Counted from the first letter of the stretch, positions 10,452-20,943 are shown. The stretch: DNA of 64,000 nucleotides from Cyanophyceae cyanobacterium (GCA_038321985.1 JBBQFN010000013.1:1-64000), one strand, 5' to 3'. Translations and numbers: made by a program. The notes: generated by a model from the sequence alone, not told the origin.

Positions 10452-11678
10452 TTAAACAAATTGAGTTACAAATTCATAGATTAAATCAATTCGGCCTTTG
10501 CGTAAAACTGCCGGGTCTAATCGTTCTGTGGTGTTGCAGGTCATTAAAAATACGAGCTTTTGTTCCGCTTTAATTCCATCGGTATCTATAACGCTTTGAT
10601 ATAAAGTACCATCCAGTAAACTCAGGATATGCTCAGTTTTGTTACTCCGTTGAGCGGCTTCGCTTCCCCGGTCTTGTGCTAAATTATCCGCTTCATTGAT
10701 AATGATGCAAATCTTTTCCAAATAAGGCGGGGGAACTAAATTTTCTACTGCATCATGGTCAAGAATGAAAATCACATAACCTAGGGGAACTAAAATCTCT
10801 TTGGCAACGGCTTGCGTCCAGGCTGTTTTTCCGGTTCCCGGTTCTCCATGAACGAGGACCGCGAGTTGATTTTGGGTAAAAACTCCCTCTTGGACGCGAT
10901 CGGTAAAGGCTTGAATATCGGCGGGAAAGGTGCGAATCGGAAATTCGCTATTGACTTGACCTACGCGGCTTTGATAGCCACTGAGCATGACGGCTAGATT
11001 GTAGGTGGCTTTGTTAATGAGCGATCGCAAATCATCGGCAATTAGAGTATATTGAAATTGATTACGGCCCGTATTTTGAATGCGCCCTAGGGGGTCAATT
11101 TGCAACCAAATTTCCTGTTTTTTCCAATAGGCATAAACTGTCCCGATGGTTTCGATCCGGTCCCAGGTAGAAAACCGCTCGATAGGATAATAAAAATGAC
11201 GATCTTGGTAATATTGAGTAATTAAATCTGGACAACCCAATAAGTCGAGAACCTTGCAAACGGTAATCTCTTGCAAGCGGTTGAGGACATAATCAATCGG
11301 AATGCTATCGCGGCTGACGAATTGAACGACGGGGGTTTGTGCCGTGAGCATATCGGCGATACGATAATTGGGTCCGGCTGGTGCCGGGGTAAGGTAATCC
11401 CAAAATTCATTAAAATCCCCTCGGGTGTATTCCGAAAAAACATTTAAAATATTCGCCCACCAAGTAAAATTTTGGCGACCTAATGCGTCAGCTATATCGC
11501 TGCTGAACCCCAAGGTTTTATTGGCTAGTTCCAACGGGTCTTTAGAAACCAGATGAAAAAAATAACTCCAATCAAAATCCCTCGATAAGGGTCGCCAACC
11601 CGCACCGAGTAATCCCCGATCTTGATTGGAGTGGCGATCGCCCTGCTCGTTTCCGTGGTCAAAGTTTCCTGGTGCCAT
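10452..11678 (-). CDS. AAA+ family ATPase with an unknown N-terminal region
   Basis: Walker A GEPGTGKT, atypical Walker B IIINEAD, SRH TCNTTERLDPAVLRKGRID. Confidence 0.85.
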   Translation of the reverse strand: MAPGNFDHGNEQGDRHSNQDRGLLGAGWRPLSRDFDWSYFFHLVSKDPLELANKTLGFSSDIADALGRQNFTWWANILNVFSEYTRGDFNEFWDYLTPAPAGPNYRIADMLTAQTPVVQFVSRDSIPIDYVLNRLQEITVCKVLDLLGCPDLITQYYQDRHFYYPIERFSTWDRIETIGTVYAYWKKQEIWLQIDPLGRIQNTGRNQFQYTLIADDLRSLINKATYNLAVMLSGYQSRVGQVNSEFPIRTFPADIQAFTDRVQEGVFTQNQLAVLVHGEPGTGKTAWTQAVAKEILVPLGYVIFILDHDAVENLVPPPYLEKICIIINEADNLAQDRGSEAAQRSNKTEHILSLLDGTLYQSVIDTDGIKAEQKLVFLMTCNTTERLDPAVLRKGRIDLIYEFVTQFV

Positions 11679-11965
11679 AATTTGAATGGGTTTGATGGCT
11701 TAACTGAAGTTAAAATCTGAACTTAAATTTTAATAATTTGGACCGAATTAACCTTTTTTGAAACTGGGTGTTTAAAATTTTTTAATTTTTTAATCGAAAA
11801 GAGTAGGTTTATTCAATCATAATGCTCCATTAATACCAGTTTTTTTTACAGCGTTGATGGAATAAATGTCATTTTTTAGTACTGTTTCTACTCCGATTAA
11901 TTTTAACAAAAATGGGTGAGGCTCGCCCCGAAGATTGCCTTGACGAGGGGTATGAGCTATTCTTT

Positions 11966-12157
11966 CAATTTCTCAGGGTCGCTGCTGGGAAATGGCGCTG
12001 GGTTCCGTCAGTCCTAGGAGTTTATGGATACAGGGGCGATCGCCTTACTTACCAGAGCGACGATTGTAGGAGTAAAACACCCTACAGGTAAATCTTGAGA
12101 GCCTGCCGAACGCAGCCCTGTCTAATTGAGGGCAATTTAAACCGTTAAGTTTTTGAC
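11966..12157 (-). ncRNA. ssrS: Probable 6S RNA (cyanobacterial SsaA)
   Basis: ORF-free, about 190 nt downstream of a near-consensus promoter. The ends can pair (CAAUU-aga-CAGGG ... CCCUG-aga-AAUUG). It has GCGUUCG near the 5' end and CAGCAGCGAC near the 3' end, resembling 6S closing-stem motifs. Not confirmed with a covariance model. Confidence 0.6.
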
Positions 12158-12163
12158 ACTAAC

Positions 12164-12192
12164 ATATTACATACATACTACACTTTTGTCAA
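12164..12192 (-). promoter_or_regulatory. Sigma70-type promoter for the structured RNA
   Basis: Minus strand TTGACA (12192-12187)-N17-TAATAT (12169-12164). Confidence 0.7.
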
Positions 12193-12392
12193 GTGGCAGA
12201 AAAATTTTTGTCTTCTGTCTAAGGGGGTTCTGAGGCTGTGGGGAAGCAGTTAGGTCGGGAGTAGGAAATCTCGCATTACAGGTTGTTCATAGCTCTCTTG
12301 GCCCTACTTCCCAATTGGCTGTTTCTCAAGCAGGATAGGCAGGTTATAGTAAAAGAAGGAAGCCATCCTGGATAAAATCTAAGGGTTCTACT

Positions 12393-13322
12393 ATGCAATT
12401 AGCCGATTCAGATATTGATTTATTCTACCACCTATACTATTCTCTTTTAATTTACGTTAATCAAAAATTTGGAATTTTTTCGGGGGTGTATGGGTCGGAA
12501 GAAATGTCAGAATTGACCCCTTTACAAGTTAATGAACTCCGTGAACAACTTTATGCCCATCCCTATTTATTTGATTTATTTGTAGAAGAAAATCCCCTGA
12601 AAATTTCTCATGATTTACTCCAGCTTGTTGCGAGCTGGCAAAATTTTATTTCAGGGAGATTTTATATTTACAGCTATCAACAAAGCTATGCGATTTTGAT
12701 TGACGATCGCCCTCCGAGTAAAGCCTACGGGGTGTTAGCCTTGGATTGTCCCTTCCCTGAACTCGTGGGCAGTGTTTTGCCCGTGATGGTGGAAACTGTC
12801 CTGTTACCCTTTAAAAATAGAATTATTTATGATGGAACCTTACAATCTTATCCCTTTTTTCTGGGATTAAGCATTAAAGGGAGTCTAAATGAAACCTATC
12901 ATCATGCTATTGAAAAATTTGGCATTATCGACTGTTTGACACAATGTAAAGGAGAGCAAAAACCTCCAGAACAGGAGCCTGATGATGACCTGGTACACCT
13001 GAGCGACTGCGAACGGTTGAAGTTTTATCTCCAAAGTGAAGAAAATCAGAAAAAGTACGAAATTAAAATTCAAGATTTAATAGAAAAAAGCCCAGAATTA
13101 AAAGTATTATATTATCAACAAATGGGAAGAGTTTACGCCGAAATTTATCGCGATCGCTGGCGGGAAATTGGATTAAAAAAAGGGTGGATTGCGCTTTTTG
13201 AAGAGATGCCGATCGCTAGCGGTGCAACCAAAGCGGAAGTCGAAGGAATTCTCAAGAAAGTTCTACCTGCTGAGCGCCGAAAATTTGTCTATATTTTTCG
13301 ACTCAAACCGGGCGATCGATAA
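12393..13322 (+). CDS. Hypothetical protein, 309 aa
   Basis: Long ORF with globular composition; no motif recognised. Confidence 0.8.
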   Translation: MQLADSDIDLFYHLYYSLLIYVNQKFGIFSGVYGSEEMSELTPLQVNELREQLYAHPYLFDLFVEENPLKISHDLLQLVASWQNFISGRFYIYSYQQSYAILIDDRPPSKAYGVLALDCPFPELVGSVLPVMVETVLLPFKNRIIYDGTLQSYPFFLGLSIKGSLNETYHHAIEKFGIIDCLTQCKGEQKPPEQEPDDDLVHLSDCERLKFYLQSEENQKKYEIKIQDLIEKSPELKVLYYQQMGRVYAEIYRDRWREIGLKKGWIALFEEMPIASGATKAEVEGILKKVLPAERRKFVYIFRLKPGDR

Positions 13323-13470
13323 AATCATTCAGATTTCAGACCTATTCTACCCCCGGCAATTCTGATTTAATCGGGTAGGGCCGATTCAAATTTCCCCTTG
13401 CATTCCTTGCCACCCTTCGCACCAAATCTGAGTCATCAAAAATCAGAGTTCTAGTTTTTCGAGAATTGTC

Positions 13471-13515
13471 CTCTCCTAGTTTATCCCTTACAAAGAAGGG
13501 GATAAACTAGGAGAG
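13471..13515. repeat. 17-bp perfect inverted repeat
   Basis: CTCTCCTAGTTTATCCC-N11-GGGATAAACTAGGAGAG. Confidence 0.85.
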
Positions 13516-13556
13516 AATAGGGTGCTTGAAGACTAGACATCGATTAGAATCACCGA

Positions 13557-14627
13557 TTGGTGAACATTAAGATTCTGTACGGGACTCCAGAGGTGGCCCC
13601 ACGAATGCCAAATCAACGAATCATTAAAAACAACAAATTGAGTTTACGACAGCAGCAGATTTACCGAGGAATTGGATTTTGCATCGTCGTGTTTGCAACG
13701 GTTTGCCTAGCCCTACCCGGGCGATCGCAAGATTCGGCAGGGCTGATGCGCTTAATGCAAACCAATCAATGCCCAGCCTGTATCCTAACCGATGCCAACC
13801 TGAGTAATGCTGACCTCACCGGGGCTGATTTGAGTGGTTCTAACCTCACGAATGCCAATTTACGGGGGTCGGATTTGAGAGGGGCCAACTTGACCGGAGC
13901 CAACCTGACTGGAGCCAATTTACAAAGGGTCAATCTCCGAGGGGCCAATCTCACCGGGGTCAATCTGACTGGGGCCAACTTATCCCAGAGTGATTTAGTG
14001 GGTGCAGTCCTATTTTTAATCAACTTATCGAATACAGATTTGTCCGAAGCCAATTTAAGCGGTACCGATCTCAGCCGCATCTACATTGAGCAAGCCAACT
14101 TGAATGATGCTCAACTCCAGGGAAGCAATCTGACGGGGGCCGAACTTTTCGGGGTTACTCTCAACAATGCCAACCTCAGTGGTGCGTTTCTCAATGGTGC
14201 CAATTTCAGCGGAGCCACTGCTCGCCAAGCATTCTTGCAAGGAGCGCAGATGCAAGGAACCAGTCTCAGAAATGCCAACTTTAGTGCGAGCAACTTCCGA
14301 GGAGCCTTGTTAATCCAGGCGGACCTTACAGGTGCCGATTTGTTTCAAGCCGATATGCACGGGGTTATCCTCGATCAGGCTATTTTGATTAATACCCAGC
14401 TTAGGAATGTCCAGCTACAGGGAGCAAGTTTAGAGGGTACAATCCTTTCTGGTGCGGACCTAGAGGGTGCAATCCTCACGGGTGCCATTTTCCGGAATGT
14501 GGAACTCACGGGCACAAATCTCCGGGGAGCGAATCTAACGCAGATTGAGATTGAGAATGTGGATTTTACACAAGGGACAATTTGCGATGCAGTGTTACCC
14601 GATGGCAAAACAGCCCGATGCCGTTAA
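13557..14627 (+). CDS. Exported pentapeptide-repeat protein (true start may be ATG 13605 or later)
   Basis: Hydrophobic signal segment, LMQTNQCPAC cap, long A(D/N)Lxx repeats, and a C-terminal ICDAVLPDG. Confidence 0.92.
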   Translation: MVNIKILYGTPEVAPRMPNQRIIKNNKLSLRQQQIYRGIGFCIVVFATVCLALPGRSQDSAGLMRLMQTNQCPACILTDANLSNADLTGADLSGSNLTNANLRGSDLRGANLTGANLTGANLQRVNLRGANLTGVNLTGANLSQSDLVGAVLFLINLSNTDLSEANLSGTDLSRIYIEQANLNDAQLQGSNLTGAELFGVTLNNANLSGAFLNGANFSGATARQAFLQGAQMQGTSLRNANFSASNFRGALLIQADLTGADLFQADMHGVILDQAILINTQLRNVQLQGASLEGTILSGADLEGAILTGAIFRNVELTGTNLRGANLTQIEIENVDFTQGTICDAVLPDGKTARCR

Positions 14628-15927
14628 CCCATTTTGGAACTTATTTTAGAGATAAATAGTGGCCTGATTTTGTAGCCACTAATCTGATCCTCAGTTTAGA
14701 GTTCAGGGAGGAGTAACGAGTGGTGGGGTTATCCCGGTGTTTGGAGTAATGACTTTAGTCCTGATCCGGCGTGATCTGAAAGCACTCTTACTTTCTCCCT
14801 TGTTTGACTGCTCGGAGTAGAGGGACCCAGGCCCGCCTTGGGAAGTTTTCAATTCTTTGTAATCCTGGGGATAGGAATTTCTTCGGTGGACTGCTAAAAT
14901 AAGCGGCTATGAAGATTTGAGGATTGAATTGAACTTCACAAGCCGCGAGCCAGGGATTAGAAATCCGATGTTAAGTTCTGGGTGAGAGCCTGGATTGAAG
15001 GTTGATTGCAGCCTATCCAGTCCGAACCCTGATTGTAGACCTGTAGTTAATCAGCTTTAACTAGATTTAATTAGGTCCAAAGTTGATCCAATGCGGGCTA
15101 TTCCCCCTTTGTTGATGTAACTTTCTGCGTCTGTATTCTGTCCACAGGAAAGCAGTCGAGCCAGATGGGAACCTGGAAGTCAGGACTAGAAAGGATGAGA
15201 ATTCACAATTTATTTTTCCGGGTGACAGTTATAATTCAGAGAGCCTCGGGTACTCTAAATTGGGGCAATTGACCTAGAAATAGAATAAGAGGAGGGCTTT
15301 GTGCAAGCGATCGCCGCGTTGAATGGGCAGTCAATTGTAGCCAAAATCACTTTTTTGGAGAGGGACGACGGGATATCTTTACCGGATAAATCTACAAAAA
15401 ACTCAAGCAAACTTAGCATTTTTTAACAGACTCCCAACTGAATCCGCCTAATCTGGGAAAACAGCAACCCCGAGGCACTCGCCCGGGTGGTTCATCTTCA
15501 ACCCATACCCTCTGATGGATCCGCTTCCCCCGGGGGAATTGAATCATCCCAATCGGGTGAGTCATTCACCCCGGGAGAAAGAGTTCTCGGCAACTGCATC
15601 AAACCTTCAAGGTGCGGGAACGGCTTAATCTTCTGCGCGATATCTAGAATTTACTTCTTGAAAATTCGCAGAACAGGGCCGAAGAATCCGATCAACTTTA
15701 ACCCCAAAAATGGGTAAACTATTTCCAAGCGCGATCGCTTCAAAACAAGCCCAGTCTAGTCACCCATATTAAGGGAACTTTTACCCAAGCGATCGCGGCT
15801 TAAAGATCCAAGACCTGCGCTTTTTATCTGGCTATTTACAGAGGGTGTTAACAGTGATACTAACCAGATTTCCGGGAGCGTCAAAGTCCGCCAAGAATAC
15901 CCCTAGAGAAGTATTAGTATTGAGGTT

Positions 15928-16587
15928 ATGCCCACCTCCCGTAAAGTTAACTTAATTGGTGCTTGTCTGGGATTTGTAACGGTCGGTTTCGGATCGTTGA
16001 GCAATCCCGTGGTCCATCCAAAAAGCCAAACCTGCCCAGATGTCCGAACCATTGGAGGTCAGATTTGTCGGGGACAAGTTCCTAAAGAAATGACTGAAGA
16101 AGCCTGGGGCCAATTTGGAGCGATCGCTTATCAAACTGCCGCCGAAGTTATGCAGTCTAATAATACTGAACCTCAATCTTTAACCGACCTACAAAAGCAA
16201 TATTTACGTCCCTATTTCGGTGACTTAGTTGACCGAGTTGAAGTGGTTTATAATGCTATTTTAATGGAAGATTGGGTGGCGGCGAGTTTCAAAATTAATG
16301 TGGGTGAATCCAATGCTCAAGTTTATGGAAATACCATTTACATTAAAAAGGAAATGAAAGAAAAGGACTTCGAGCAACTCGTCCTGCTCTCTCACGAACT
16401 GATCCACTGCCAGCAGCATGAGCGCCTCGGCAGTTTGGGAAATTTTGGCTATCATTATTTCAAAGAATATAAGAAGGCCGGAGAAACCTACAGAAATAAT
16501 CAATTAGAAGTAGAAGCCTTTGATTTCGAGAAAGAATTTGCTGAAGAGTTGTCCCAGAAAATGCCCGGATCTTACCGTGCGCGATAA
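15928..16587 (+). CDS. DUF4157-like putative zinc metallopeptidase-domain protein, probably exported
   Basis: AQVYGNTIY, HExxH motif LLSHELIHCQQ, downstream LEVEA; hydrophobic N-terminus. Confidence 0.7.
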   Translation: MPTSRKVNLIGACLGFVTVGFGSLSNPVVHPKSQTCPDVRTIGGQICRGQVPKEMTEEAWGQFGAIAYQTAAEVMQSNNTEPQSLTDLQKQYLRPYFGDLVDRVEVVYNAILMEDWVAASFKINVGESNAQVYGNTIYIKKEMKEKDFEQLVLLSHELIHCQQHERLGSLGNFGYHYFKEYKKAGETYRNNQLEVEAFDFEKEFAEELSQKMPGSYRAR

Positions 16588-16758
16588 CCCCGGTATCAAC
16601 TGCCAAAATTTCCACCCTTAAGATAGAGAATACAGGCGGGCTAAAGAGGCACTTACATTTTGGTCACTCCGGAGAGTTCAATGCTATCCTGGAAGGAACA
16701 AATGGTCAGATTAGACATCATTCCAACTCAAGAGACTCCACTCGCACAAGCAGAAGTT

Positions 16759-17091
16759 ATGATTCGATTTAAAATTGCTCCGGCCCTTGGTTTAGCCTTA
16801 ACGTTGGCGATTGCTTCCATCCTGGCTGCTGCCCAACCTTTCTTTGCGATGTCTAATTTGAGCGCACCCGTCGCCCAGGTTATGCAAATTGCTCCCTCAA
16901 CGGCGACTGCGACTCCCCTACATCCGAGTCTACTGTCTCAAGTATCGGGGAACTTAGCATCGGTATGGATGACTCCAGAAATAACTCATCGGGGGACCCT
17001 GATTGCTCAGGGGTCCGAAAGTGACCCAATCCGGGATGCCCTGGGATGCTCCTGTGCATTGTGTGTAGGACAGTCACAAATCCAAGTTTAA
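16759..17091 (+). CDS. Small exported protein with a C-terminal CxCxxC motif
   Basis: Signal peptide starting at ATG 16759 (MIRFKIAPALGLALTLAIASILAAA); C-terminus ESDPIRDALGCSCALC. Confidence 0.7.
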   Translation: MIRFKIAPALGLALTLAIASILAAAQPFFAMSNLSAPVAQVMQIAPSTATATPLHPSLLSQVSGNLASVWMTPEITHRGTLIAQGSESDPIRDALGCSCALCVGQSQIQV

Positions 17092-17156
17092 ATGCAAAAA
17101 TCCGCAGGGGAATCAGAGCGATTAAATCCTTCAAACTCGCTCTGTCCTTTGCTAAT

Positions 17157-18560
17157 TTATGTCTCAAAGTGTGATTTTTCTAGGTCGGGTTTGCATAGAG
17201 GAAGGATGACGGTGACAGTAGTGCCGAGATTTAGCTGGCTGTCTACGCGAACCCAACCGTGATGATTTTCGGCGATCGCCTGAACGATCGCCAGTCCCAA
17301 GCCGGATCCTGTAGAACCCCATTCTGGCGATCGCCCAGGGTCGTAGCTGCGAGCAGGGTCCACCCGATAAAAGCGATCAAAGATATGAGGCACTGAGTCT
17401 ACGGGAATGCCAATGCCGCTATCTTTTACCGTAACTTGTACGCCGCCATTATGACTGGGGCGATTGCTAACTCCACTACATTGTAAGACGACTGCAATTT
17501 GGCCCCCTTTAGGCGTGTATTGCAACCCATTACTCACTAAATTCGTGAAGAGTCGCGCCAGTTGGTCCCAATCTCCGGGGATGGTAAAATCCTGATCCGG
17601 TTCCGTTTTTGGATCTAGGGGCGGTTCCAGGGAGTGAGTCCGGCTATGAGGCGGATCGGTAATTTCTAATAGTAATTTAATCCCTTTTTCAGCGGCGATC
17701 GCCTCCTGTTCCTCTATTACTTCCATCAATAAGGCATCCATAGGTACAGGTTGTTTCCGCACCTTCACCATGCCGCTATCTTGTCGCGCCAAAAATAGCA
17801 AATCATCCACCAACCGTCCCATCCGGCGCGTCAATCGTTCGACTAACTGCAATTGTTGACGATGGATTGACGAATCTAACTCCGGGTCCGCAAGGGCTAC
17901 CTGAACGTTAGTTTGAATTGTGGCGATCGGATTTCTGAGTTCGTGAGAGGCATCGGAGGTAAACTGCTTGAGACGCTGGTAAGATTCGCGCACAGGTTTC
18001 ATAGCCAATCCGGACAATAACCACGCGATCGCACTAATCGCGACTGCCATCAAAGAAGTGCCGAGACTTAAATCAATAATTAACTGGCGAATTGGTTTAG
18101 TGACTTCAAACCAGGGATGACTCACGCGCAAATATCCCACAACTTGCCGTCCGATTTCCACGCGATCGGTGACTTGGCGCAGGAGTTGTCCCCCAGACAA
18201 TTGTACGGTTTCCCCATTTTTTTTCGGGTGAAGTGGAATCTCTAGGGGTTCCCAGAGGGTAGACCACAACAATTCCCCAGTGGAACTAAACCATTCTAAA
18301 TCAATGTGGTCATCTTCTACCGTTGCGGCATTGTTACGGAAACTTGCCACCACATTCACCGTATATTGGCCGGTATTGGGGTTTTCATCGATCGCCAGCG
18401 ATCGTTCCACCACTTCCACAACGTGCGTGAGAGTGTCATCAATGCGATCAATTAAGGTACTACGAACATAAACATAAAACCCCGTAGCAAATACCAGCAG
18501 CAACACCGCTGTTAATGCCGCATACCAAATTGCTAACCGTCTGCGCGTTGCTTGAAACAT
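17157..18560 (-). CDS. manS: Two-component sensor histidine kinase, ManS-like (manganese sensing)
   Basis: N-terminus MFQATRRRLAIWY...RIDDTLTHVVEVVERSL, periplasmic DDHIDLEWF, LRVSHPW, H-box DASHELRNP, GSGLGLAI. Confidence 0.75.
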   Translation of the reverse strand: MFQATRRRLAIWYAALTAVLLLVFATGFYVYVRSTLIDRIDDTLTHVVEVVERSLAIDENPNTGQYTVNVVASFRNNAATVEDDHIDLEWFSSTGELLWSTLWEPLEIPLHPKKNGETVQLSGGQLLRQVTDRVEIGRQVVGYLRVSHPWFEVTKPIRQLIIDLSLGTSLMAVAISAIAWLLSGLAMKPVRESYQRLKQFTSDASHELRNPIATIQTNVQVALADPELDSSIHRQQLQLVERLTRRMGRLVDDLLFLARQDSGMVKVRKQPVPMDALLMEVIEEQEAIAAEKGIKLLLEITDPPHSRTHSLEPPLDPKTEPDQDFTIPGDWDQLARLFTNLVSNGLQYTPKGGQIAVVLQCSGVSNRPSHNGGVQVTVKDSGIGIPVDSVPHIFDRFYRVDPARSYDPGRSPEWGSTGSGLGLAIVQAIAENHHGWVRVDSQLNLGTTVTVILPLCKPDLEKSHFET

Positions 18561-19007
18561 TCCCCCAATCGTCCTGTAGGTTTATTATTATTGTAGAGTG
18601 AAATTTCCACTAAAACCCTTATCGAGGAAGGAAAGGGTGTGACGAATACAAACTAGGACGGCACGGGCTAATCTACAATCGTTTGAAACTAGGGGATAAT
18701 TTAATTTAATGACTTTTAATTGGCGATATTTCTTGATATTTGCGTTCACTGCCGTCAGCCTGTATTGAATACTTGCAATTTCTGTAAATTTTATTTTTCC
18801 TCTAAACTTGACACTCAATCCAGCCCAGACAACGGATAATTTAACCGTCTGCACCACAGGTTGAAGAATCCGGGGTAATCGTCTTGAATTGAGGCTATTT
18901 CCGGAGATTCTGTAAAAAAATAAAAAAGACACCATAGGCCCGATAAAGGTGGTATAATTTTACCGATATAAAAGTGACCTTAAACATGACAAAACAAGAG
19001 ACCTATT

Positions 19008-20153
19008 ATGAATGGTTTTGAAAAAATAGAGATTTATGGATTCCGTCGCTTACGCTCGATCCAAGTCGAGATGAGACCCTTAACGGTCATCATTGGAGCT
19101 AACGGAGTCGGGAAGACATCTTTTTTAGAAACCTTTTCCCTTTTATCAGAATCTGCGAAAGGTCAGTTACAATCAAAAGTTTCGGAATTTGGGGGCCTTA
19201 GCGATATCTTGACGCGAGATCAGGCTAATAGTTTGCGTGTGGCCCCGTCAATTTTTTTAGAAAAATATGGACAATTCAACTACTTTTTAAAATTAGATAT
19301 TAAAGGTCAACAATTTTATGAAGTCGAGAATGAGCTTCTTAATAAATTTCCCCTGTTGGTTTCTTACATTAATTCTAAGGGTTTAGATATTCAATATTTT
19401 GCTCATGACAATCCAGTTCCGGTTCGTCCAAATTGGGAACATAATCCCCTGGAAACCTCGCTTTCTCAAGTTCCTAAAATGTACCCAGAAGCGGAAGCGG
19501 TGCGGAAGCAATTAGCCTCATGTAGCTTTTATCGAGCTTGGGAATTGAATTTATCTCCTACCAGTCCCATCCGATTACCGCAAGCGATGCGTCCTGCAAC
19601 CTTACCTGGAAATCGTGGAGAAGATTTAGTCTCCTGCCTTTATAATTTACGGGAAACAGACCCGGATCGATTTGAACTGATAACCGATACTCTGTCTGCT
19701 GCCTTTCCTAGCTTTGAACGCTTGAGTTTTCCCCCAGTGGCAGCAGGCACATTGGCATTGACTTGGAAGGATAAAAATTTTTCGCACCCCCTTTATATGC
19801 ATCAGCTTTCCGAAGGAACTGTGCGGTTTTTGTGGTTAGTCACCCTGCTGCAAAGTCCGAACTTAACTGCGGTGACGCTTATCGATGAACCGGAAGTCAG
19901 CTTGCATCCAGAATTGTTACGATTGCTGGTGGATGTGATGCGAGAAGCATCGAAACGAACGCAGCTAATTGTTGCTACGCATTCCGATCGCCTCATTCGC
20001 TTTTTGCAACCGGCAGAAGTGCTGGTATGCGATGCAGATGAAGAGGGTTTCACGACGATGACTTGGGCCGATTCTCTGGATTTAGAGAAATGGTTGGAAG
20101 AGTATAGTTTAGATGAACTGTGGGCGATGAACGTCCTCGGGGGGCGATCGTGA
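19008..20153 (+). CDS. ABC/SMC-like ATPase (AAA_21 / COG4637 type)
   Basis: Walker A GANGVGKT, signature LSEGT, Walker B LIDEPE, D-loop SLHP, H-loop VATHS. Confidence 0.9.
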   Translation: MNGFEKIEIYGFRRLRSIQVEMRPLTVIIGANGVGKTSFLETFSLLSESAKGQLQSKVSEFGGLSDILTRDQANSLRVAPSIFLEKYGQFNYFLKLDIKGQQFYEVENELLNKFPLLVSYINSKGLDIQYFAHDNPVPVRPNWEHNPLETSLSQVPKMYPEAEAVRKQLASCSFYRAWELNLSPTSPIRLPQAMRPATLPGNRGEDLVSCLYNLRETDPDRFELITDTLSAAFPSFERLSFPPVAAGTLALTWKDKNFSHPLYMHQLSEGTVRFLWLVTLLQSPNLTAVTLIDEPEVSLHPELLRLLVDVMREASKRTQLIVATHSDRLIRFLQPAEVLVCDADEEGFTTMTWADSLDLEKWLEEYSLDELWAMNVLGGRS

Positions 20154-20758
20154 AAATTGCTATTTTAGTTGAAGGGGCAACTGAAAAAGCATTAATGCCG
20201 AGTTTGCGGCGCTTTCTGAATTACCGCTTACCCGGAAAAATGCCTAAGTTAAAGGCGATCGTTTATAAGGGCCGAATTCCTAAACAAGATAAACTCGAAC
20301 GTGACGTAGAAAAGCTGCTCAGTGGCAAAGATTCTTATGATGCAGTGATTGCTTTAAGTGACGTTTATACCGGAACCGAGGATTTTAAAAATGCAGCCGA
20401 TGCCAAACAGAAAATGAAAGAATGGGTGGGAAACAATCCTAACTTTTATCCCCACGCTGCACAACATGATTTTGAGGCATGGCTGTTACCGTTTTGGCCG
20501 ACGATTCAAAAGTTAGCAAAGCATAATAAATCAGTTCCTAACGGCAATCCAGAGAAGGTGAATCATCATAAACCGCCCTCAAAACATATTCAAGAAATTT
20601 TTGAACAAGGCAAAGCACCCAGAAGTTATAGTAAAATTCGCGATGGTTTAAAGATTTTAGAAGCCAACGATTTGATGGAGTCTATCCAGGTTTGTTCTGA
20701 ATTCAAGGCTTTTATTAATACAATTTTATCTTTATGTGACAGTGAAGAAATTCCGTAA
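20150..20758 (+). CDS. DUF4276-family protein (TOPRIM-like)
   Basis: GTG start overlaps the upstream TGA (GTGA at 20150-20153); motifs ILVEGATE, IALSD, HDFEAWLL, PEKVN, YSKIRDG. Confidence 0.75.
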   Translation: MKIAILVEGATEKALMPSLRRFLNYRLPGKMPKLKAIVYKGRIPKQDKLERDVEKLLSGKDSYDAVIALSDVYTGTEDFKNAADAKQKMKEWVGNNPNFYPHAAQHDFEAWLLPFWPTIQKLAKHNKSVPNGNPEKVNHHKPPSKHIQEIFEQGKAPRSYSKIRDGLKILEANDLMESIQVCSEFKAFINTILSLCDSEEIP

Positions 20759-20943
20759 AGCGGGATTATATTTTATACTCAGTTTGATGAAGAACAGAGA
20801 CGATTAGGATAGATACTCAATCCCGTTGATGTAAGCCAGATTAACCCCCAGGTTTTTCTCTTGATGCTAATCTGGCTTAGAAGTGGGGATGACGACTATA
20901 CTGATAGAGGTATGGTACTAATACACAGGATAAGAATTGAGGA

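Noticed and set aside
11975..12120. Cobalamin or glutamine riboswitch reading of the structured region
   Set aside because: Only fragments resemble them (GCCTGCC, GACGGAA) and the core motifs are missing. The promoter and end-pairing fit a free RNA better.
13766..14608. Minus-strand ORFs with LAPVR repeats
   Set aside because: Antisense shadows of the pentapeptide repeats.
14640..15920. 1.3-kb gap including ORF 15487-15717
   Set aside because: No RBS-supported protein-like ORF, repeat array or recognisable RNA found by eye.
18588..18935. 115-aa minus-strand ORF upstream of manS
   Set aside because: Lies in the divergent promoter region; non-protein-like composition and no motif.
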